Source of the DNA: Candidatus Kaiserbacteria bacterium
Lineage (GTDB): Bacteria > Patescibacteriota > Minisyncoccia > Phycocordibacterales > UBA2100
DNA: 64,000 bases
Direction: 5' to 3'
Assembly (NCBI GenBank): GCA_028286865.1
Contig: JAQBQU010000010.1
Span: 6,143-70,142, forward strand
Positions 58,005 through 64,000 of this stretch are shown in pieces; position 1 is the stretch's first letter; each line of letters opens with the position of its first letter. The translations under genes and the position numbers were made by a program. The notes beneath the pieces are model-generated. The model worked only from the letters and a program-made list of their open reading frames with translations. It made no database searches and had not been told where the DNA came from.

Positions 58005-59456
58005 CTACTTCCCGAGATCGAGTGTTTCGTCAATGCGAATTTGCGCGACGAATTCGGGCACGTGGCTTACGAGGATCATTGCTCCTTTGTACTCATCGAG
58101 TGCTTTCGCGATGACCGGCAAGTGGCGGAAGTTGATGTGGTTAGTCGGCTCATCGAGAATGAGAAGCCCCGGCTTGAGCAACACGAGTCGTGCGAATGCG
58201 ACGAGCCCCTTTTGGCCTTCCGATAGATGCCCGACTTTGGTGCCAATTACGTCGCCGACGAGCAAAAATCCTGCTGCTGTCTGGCGCATGGTTTCTTCCA
58301 TGTGTTTCGGCATTGCTTCGAAGAGGACTTCGCGCACGGTCTTTTCAAAATCAAGGTTCGAGAAGTCCTGGCGGTAATACCCCACTTTCACGCCCTTCGT
58401 AATTTCGGCGCCCTCGGCCTCGCCGCTTGCGAGCGATTCGAGAAGCGTAGATTTGCCTATCCCATTAGGCCCTTGCAGAAGCAGGTGCTGGTTCTTACGA
58501 ATGGCGAGGGTCTTGTGGACGATCTTCGGCTTGTAGTTCTTGATAACTTTAAATGACTCGATCTTGAGAATATCTCCCGAAAGCTCGTCCTGCGTCGGAA
58601 TAGTGAACGACTTGATGGTGGTATCCTCGCGGCGCACATCCACCATCGCCTCTTCGGCCTCTTCCGCTTTTTGTCTCATGCGCTTCGCGACGAGGCGCAG
58701 ATTACCGCCCTTCATTGCGAAGAAGTTGGCCTTCTCTTTATTTGCGATAGCAGTTTTGTGAAGCAGCGCATTCTTAGAATTTTCCTTCTCGACGCGAATG
58801 CGGATCTGATCCACCACGTCGGTATAGTTGCCCACATACTGCTCGATCTTGTGCGTGTGTACGTCGAGATACAAAACGCCCTGGGTGAATGAATTGAGGA
58901 ATTCCGCGTCGTGCGAAATGACGACGCAGGTCTTTTCGTACTGTTGGATGAATTTGGTGAGATGCGCGATACCCTCTTTGTCGAGATTGTTCGTCGGCTC
59001 GTCGAGCAGCAAGAGGTCGGGATCCTGAATAAGCGCCGATGCGAGCAAAAGCCGCGCCTGCTGTCCGCCGGAGAATGATTTGATAAGGCGATCATGAGGC
59101 GCATGGAGATTCACAACGTCGAGCACCTCATCTATCTTCGGATCTATGTCGTACATTTTCTTCGGAAACATTTTTTGAAAGAATTCCGAGACAGTGAGCT
59201 TCATTTCTTCCCTCGGGATCACTTGGCGGGCGATCGCGATCGAGAGTCCCTTCTCGATATGAATGATGCCGTCCTCCGGGCGCACCGCGCCGGTGATCAG
59301 TCCGAAGAGCGTCGATTTACCGGCGCCATTCTGCCCCATGAGCGTAAGCTTCATTCCGCGTCGAATAGGAAAAGAGACCTCATCTAGTATGGGTTTACGT
59401 GTTCCGTATTCGTAGGAGACTCCCTCGAACCGGATGATCGTGTCATCCTTGGCCAT
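58005..59456 (-). CDS. ABC-F family ATPase
   Basis: Two NBDs (GQNGAGKST, GPNGIGKST), DEPTN twice, no TM helices. Confidence 0.9.
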   Translation of the reverse strand: MAKDDTIIRFEGVSYEYGTRKPILDEVSFPIRRGMKLTLMGQNGAGKSTLFGLITGAVRPEDGIIHIEKGLSIAIARQVIPREEMKLTVSEFFQKMFPKKMYDIDPKIDEVLDVVNLHAPHDRLIKSFSGGQQARLLLASALIQDPDLLLLDEPTNNLDKEGIAHLTKFIQQYEKTCVVISHDAEFLNSFTQGVLYLDVHTHKIEQYVGNYTDVVDQIRIRVEKENSKNALLHKTAIANKEKANFFAMKGGNLRLVAKRMRQKAEEAEEAMVDVRREDTTIKSFTIPTQDELSGDILKIESFKVIKNYKPKIVHKTLAIRKNQHLLLQGPNGIGKSTLLESLASGEAEGAEITKGVKVGYYRQDFSNLDFEKTVREVLFEAMPKHMEETMRQTAAGFLLVGDVIGTKVGHLSEGQKGLVAFARLVLLKPGLLILDEPTNHINFRHLPVIAKALDEYKGAMILVSHVPEFVAQIRIDETLDLGK

Positions 59457-59513
59457 TTCCAGTGCACCTTACCGCACCTGCATGAAAATAGAAAGTGGCA
59501 TATACTGCGCGCC

Positions 59514-60236
59514 ATGACAGAAACTGAAGATACTAAGGAGGTATATCCGATGCGCATCAACAAATATCTGGCGCTCAAGAACTATTCCACGCGTCGTGGC
59601 GCTGACGTCCTCATCGAAAAAAAGATGGTGTTTATCAATGGCAAGCACGCGGTCCTCGGCGATAAGGTAAATGCGGATGATAAAGTCACGGTACGGCAGC
59701 CGAAGCGCACCTATCGCTATTATGCATACAACAAGCCGCGCGAGGTCATCACCCACTCGCCGCAAGGAGAAGAAGTCGATATCAAGCACGCGGTGGACCT
59801 TGACGGCGTCTTCCCGATAGGACGGCTCGACAAAGATTCTCACGGACTCATCATCCTCACCGACGACGGACGCATCACTGATCCCCTGCTCAATCCGGAA
59901 TCGGATCATGAAAAGGAATACCGCGTGACGGTCTCATATCGCCTCCGTCCGTCATTTCAGGAACACATGGAAAAAGGCGTCGACATCGGCGATTATGTCA
60001 CCAAGAAATGTAAGGTAAAGATATTGGGAGAGAAAACGTTCGTGATCGTGCTCTCCGAAGGCAAGAAGCATCAGATCCGCAGAATGTGTGCGAAGCTTCA
60101 TACCGACGTTATCGACCTCGAACGCACGCGCATTATGAATATCAAACTCGCGAAACTTCCGATCGGAGAATATCGCGCGATCGATGGCAAGGAATTGCAG
60201 GTGCTCCTTATGAGCCTTGGTATCAGCGGCGAGTGA
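59514..60236 (+). CDS. rRNA pseudouridine synthase (RsuA/RluB/RluF family)
   Basis: S4 domain, GRLDKDS, EGKKHQIRRM. Confidence 0.92.
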   Translation: MTETEDTKEVYPMRINKYLALKNYSTRRGADVLIEKKMVFINGKHAVLGDKVNADDKVTVRQPKRTYRYYAYNKPREVITHSPQGEEVDIKHAVDLDGVFPIGRLDKDSHGLIILTDDGRITDPLLNPESDHEKEYRVTVSYRLRPSFQEHMEKGVDIGDYVTKKCKVKILGEKTFVIVLSEGKKHQIRRMCAKLHTDVIDLERTRIMNIKLAKLPIGEYRAIDGKELQVLLMSLGISGE

Positions 60237-60717
60237 CGGTAAATGTAAAGACGTAGTCCGCCGGGCGTATCTCCTGCTTAGAATCCTTTGCGGGGGCCAC
60301 GCTCGTGAGCTCGTATGAGTTCACTTCGGACGTACTGCTTTTGCCGAGCTCGAAAGTGACCTTGCTTGTGCCGTTGGCACCCGAGAGCGATGCGGTCGCA
60401 TGTACCGTCCCGGCCCAGATGCACTGCACGCCGGTCGGACACCTGCTATCGTCCAGGACGGCGGTCGGAGTGATCTTCTCGCCGAGCGCGGAAACGGTCT
60501 GGCCTATATGCGCAGTAACGACTACCGTATCGCCTTTTTGATAGGTGTTCGTGTTGCTCGGCGTCACCGTGCTCGCGGTGGTGGTCGTGGTCGCTACCGT
60601 CGGAGTGGTCGTGGCAACTTCGGCGGCGGATTGCGACTTATTGCTGTACAACGCGAAGAAGGCGAGAGCGGCTATGAGCAGCACGAGGAGATACAGTCCT
60701 GCGGTTCTTGAGTTCAT
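60223..60717 (-). CDS. Membrane-anchored exported protein
   Basis: N-terminal TM, Thr-rich linker, DSRCPxGVQCIWAG motif. Confidence 0.75.
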   Translation of the reverse strand: MNSRTAGLYLLVLLIAALAFFALYSNKSQSAAEVATTTPTVATTTTTASTVTPSNTNTYQKGDTVVVTAHIGQTVSALGEKITPTAVLDDSRCPTGVQCIWAGTVHATASLSGANGTSKVTFELGKSSTSEVNSYELTSVAPAKDSKQEIRPADYVFTFTVTRR

Positions 60718-60752
60718 ACGGTATAGACGTATCGGGGATATATTTCTGACCG

Positions 60753-63700
60753 TTATGCATTAACGTGCGGTTTCGGCTTCTGAGCGCGGTAGAAGAGCGT
60801 CGGTACCAAGACCAGCGTGAGAACGATGGCGAATGAAAGCCCGAACATGACACTGAGCGCGAGCGGCGCCCAGGTCGGGTTCGACATCGCCAGCGGTATC
60901 ATACCGAAGACCGTCGTAATGGTCGTGAGCACGATCGGGCGCAGGCGCATCGCGGCGGAATCCACCACCACATCGAGCATCGGCTTGTTCGGGTCTTCTT
61001 TGGCATGATGGATCATGGAATCCATGAGAATAATGGCGTGATTGATGATGACACCGCCGAGCGCTATGAATCCGAGCATCGACGGGAACGAGATCGGCTG
61101 GCTGGTGAATGCGAGTCCGTCGAGGACCCCGATGAGCGAAAGCGGGACGATCATCAAGAGATAGAATGTATAGCGGAATGAATTGAACGAGATGATGAGG
61201 ATCATGAACATCAGCGCAAGTCCGGCCACGAGCGCAATGAGCATCTGCGTGAACGACTGGACGATGTCCTTGTTGTCTCCTCCGTATGACACCGTGACCC
61301 CCGCCGGCAAATGCAGTTCGCCGATGCGCTTCTCAAATTCTCCGGTCACGGCTGCGGCGGTCGTATTAGCATCGGGATAGGCGTAAATGGTTTCGATACG
61401 GTTCTTATCAGTGTGCGAGATAGCGGAGTTGCTTTGGCCGAGGCTCTCCGTAAGGACCGAGCCGAGAATCACCGGGCCCGTCGGACCCTGTACCGAAAGG
61501 TTCTTGATCGTATCGATCGTCGTCTTGTTGGTATCGCTGTTGCTGGTGAACGCGGTATTGAGATTGAGCTTCACTACCACGTCGATGTTCTGCTTCGGCT
61601 GCGTGATAGAAGTCGCCTTGGTGCCGTTGATAGCGGCGCGGAGTGTCTGTGCGACGCTCTGCGTACTGAGTCCGAGAGCACTTGCCTTGGCACGATCGAT
61701 AGTGAGATCGAATTCCGTACCGTTATTCTGTGTCGTCGATGTGATGTTGGTGACATGCGGGATGTGTCCGAGCAGCTGCTTGCCGTTGTCCGCCGCATTG
61801 ACGAGATCGGTGAGATTGTCTCCGATAAATTGGATCTGGATCGGCGCCCCGCCCGATGGCCCATTGCTTGCCTGCACTACCTGGATGGAAGCGTCGGTTA
61901 CCTTTGCGAATTTCTGCTGCAATTCAGCGAGTACAGCGCTGCTCGTTTTCTTATGTCCCGTCGGCAGATTTGCAGTAACGCTCGCCTGATTGCTTCCGGC
62001 CGATCCGCCGCTGCCGTCGCCCGGATCAGCGCTGCGCCCCACGATGGTCTCGAACGAGGCGACATTTTTGTCGGCATAGAGTATCTCTTCCACCTCACGC
62101 GCCGCGAGATCCGTTTGCTCGAGCGCGGTCCCCTGTGGCTTCTGGATATTAATGCTCACGAAATCCTGGTCGCCGCCGGGGAAAAATATCGCGGTGACGA
62201 GCGGAGTAAAAGGGAGCACGAGTGAAAGCACGAAAAGTCCCGTGAGAGTCCAGAGGAATATCCGCTGGTACCGGCGATCGAGCAGGAAGGTGCGCAGATT
62301 ACGCTTGTACCACTCAGTGATGTCGTGTGTATACTCCTCGAGCTTCACTTCGTACGCGTTCGGCTCGCTCTTGGTGAACAAGACCGCAATGAGCGGCACG
62401 ATGCCGAGCGCCACAAAGATCGATGCCATGAGCACGAAGATGAGCGTGTACGGAATGCCGGCGATAAAAAGCCCGATGATGCCGGAGAGGAAGAAGAGCG
62501 GTGCAAAGACCGCGACCGTCGCCATGGTCCCGGCGATCAGCGGCCATGCATAATCGCGCAGCGCCGCACGCGCCGCCTCGGTCGCGGTTGCGTGGGCTCT
62601 GAGCCGTGCATGTATCGCTTCGGTCACCACGATGCCCGAATCCACGAGGATGCCCACGCCGAGGATGAGCGCAAAAAGACTGATGAAGTTGAGCGTATTG
62701 CCCGTGAATTCCAGACCGATGAATGCAATGAGGAACGACAGCGGAATAGAGAGCGCGGCGACGATCGCTTCGCGCCAACCGATCGTGAGCAAGAGGATGA
62801 GGATAACGAGTGCCACGGTCTCAAAGCCCGTCTTGGTGAGGTCTCCCAATTGCTTGGCCACTGACTTGCCCATGTCGGTCTGATCCGGGATAAGCACAGT
62901 GAGCCCCTTGAGCTCGGTCGACTGGAGCTTGGTGATCTGCGCTTTCACCGCACTCGCGGTCTCGATGATGCGAGCGCCCGATTGCTTGTGCACCTGCAGC
63001 GTGATCGCATTCGTACTTGGCTTTCCTCCGACGGAGACGCGCGAGTACGTGGTCGACGGCGCAAGCCCGTCGGAGATGACCGCAATATCTCGCAGATAGA
63101 TCGGCGCGCCGTTCTTCACTCCCACAGCAATATTATTGATCTCCGACGGGTCCGAGATGCCTCCCTTAAAATTCACATTGTAGTTCACCCCGTTCATCGT
63201 GATGGCGCCCGCCGGCAGCGCCGCATTCGATGCGCTGATAGCACCGATGACATCGGTGAGCCGGAGGCCGTACTGGTCGAGCGCCTCTTTGCGTACGATC
63301 ACGTCGACCTCGCGCGGCGGTACGCCCGCGACGTTGACCGTCGAGACACCCGGGATGTTCTGGATCTCATCTGAGAGTGAACGGCTCAGCGCCGAGAACT
63401 GGCCCTGCGAGAGATCACCCGCCACCGCTATGATCAATATCGGGGAGTCCGAGAACGAGAACTTTACGACCTGCGGAGCCATCGCATCCGACGGGAGTTT
63501 CGGAACGGCGCGCGAGACCGCATCGCGAAGGTCCTGGATGGATTGATTGATATCGGCATTGGCGTTGAACTGCACGATGATCGAAGAGATTCCGTCACCG
63601 GACGTCGAGGTGACGGTGTCGATGTTGGTGATGTTGGTGATCTGGTCCTCCAGCTTATCGGTGACAAGGGTTTCCATATCCTCGGAGGAGGCCCCGGGAA

Positions 63701-63854
63701 GCGCGGTCACCACGCTCGCTATCGCGACATTGATAGACGGAGCATTCTCTTTAGGGATCTCGAGTATCGCATAAAGTCCCGACACGATGAGTGCGGTCAC
63801 GAGCATGTAGCTGAACTGGCGCTTGTCGAGAAAGAAATTCCAGAGCCAGAGCAT
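60753..63854 (-). CDS. RND efflux transporter permease (AcrB/D/F family)
   Basis: PGASSED, GILVDSGIVVTE, RLRPIVLTT, multi-TM RND layout. Confidence 0.93.
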   Translation of the reverse strand: MLWLWNFFLDKRQFSYMLVTALIVSGLYAILEIPKENAPSINVAIASVVTALPGASSEDMETLVTDKLEDQITNITNIDTVTSTSGDGISSIIVQFNANADINQSIQDLRDAVSRAVPKLPSDAMAPQVVKFSFSDSPILIIAVAGDLSQGQFSALSRSLSDEIQNIPGVSTVNVAGVPPREVDVIVRKEALDQYGLRLTDVIGAISASNAALPAGAITMNGVNYNVNFKGGISDPSEINNIAVGVKNGAPIYLRDIAVISDGLAPSTTYSRVSVGGKPSTNAITLQVHKQSGARIIETASAVKAQITKLQSTELKGLTVLIPDQTDMGKSVAKQLGDLTKTGFETVALVILILLLTIGWREAIVAALSIPLSFLIAFIGLEFTGNTLNFISLFALILGVGILVDSGIVVTEAIHARLRAHATATEAARAALRDYAWPLIAGTMATVAVFAPLFFLSGIIGLFIAGIPYTLIFVLMASIFVALGIVPLIAVLFTKSEPNAYEVKLEEYTHDITEWYKRNLRTFLLDRRYQRIFLWTLTGLFVLSLVLPFTPLVTAIFFPGGDQDFVSINIQKPQGTALEQTDLAAREVEEILYADKNVASFETIVGRSADPGDGSGGSAGSNQASVTANLPTGHKKTSSAVLAELQQKFAKVTDASIQVVQASNGPSGGAPIQIQFIGDNLTDLVNAADNGKQLLGHIPHVTNITSTTQNNGTEFDLTIDRAKASALGLSTQSVAQTLRAAINGTKATSITQPKQNIDVVVKLNLNTAFTSNSDTNKTTIDTIKNLSVQGPTGPVILGSVLTESLGQSNSAISHTDKNRIETIYAYPDANTTAAAVTGEFEKRIGELHLPAGVTVSYGGDNKDIVQSFTQMLIALVAGLALMFMILIISFNSFRYTFYLLMIVPLSLIGVLDGLAFTSQPISFPSMLGFIALGGVIINHAIILMDSMIHHAKEDPNKPMLDVVVDSAAMRLRPIVLTTITTVFGMIPLAMSNPTWAPLALSVMFGLSFAIVLTLVLVPTLFYRAQKPKPHVNA

Positions 63855-63860
63855 AGGTAT

Positions 63861-64000
63861 TTATTGTGTATCCACGATGACTTCTTGTCCGTCGGTGAGT
63901 CCGCGCGCGTCGCTCACGATGGCCATATCCGGGGTAACGCCCGAAGTGACGTTGACCTGGTCGCCAAGAATGGTGCCGAGCACTACCGTATGCGCCTCAA
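63861..64000 (-). CDS. C-terminus of a probable RND membrane fusion protein (partial)
   Basis: ...VVLGTILGDQVNVTSG....VSDARGLTDGQEV; directly upstream of the RND permease. Confidence 0.75.
   Translation of the reverse strand, partial: EAHTVVLGTILGDQVNVTSGVTPDMAIVSDARGLTDGQEVIVDTQ

Overview
A gene-dense bacterial chromosomal segment read with genetic code 11. Gene content and architecture suggest a Patescibacteria/CPR (Parcubacteria-like) genome; this is an inference. Core genes: tRNA-Ala(TGC), ddl, uvrA/B/C, carAB, pyrB, ilvD, murB, tgt, tyrS, lysS, msrA, pepN, gdhA, obg, an ABC-F ATPase, a pseudouridine synthase, a MacAB-like exporter, an RND pump and a Fur-family regulator + znuACB zinc locus. 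It also encodes several surface proteins: two tandem paralogues with variable middles, a CAP protein and a DUF3494-like ice-binding protein. I saw no CRISPR array, integrase or transposase. Most notable: (1) Two expression 'dialects' coexist. Native genes are leaderless or lack a Shine-Dalgarno (SD) sequence. About ten scattered accessory genes instead carry SD sequences, most with -35/-10 promoters and their own terminators. Several of these encode host-like or decoy proteins (outer-membrane beta-barrel, stand-alone RNAP alpha-CTD, His-substituted receiver, LuxI/FeeM-like acyltransferase, cold-shock-domain proteins). (2) A structured element downstream of tRNA-Ala is bounded by sense and antisense copies of the tRNA 3' end. 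(3) A pyrBI-like attenuator lies before carAB. (4) A TTCA-N7-TTCA-N12-(-10) promoter motif recurs before stress/envelope genes. (5) Paired Fur-family boxes link a surface protein to zinc uptake.
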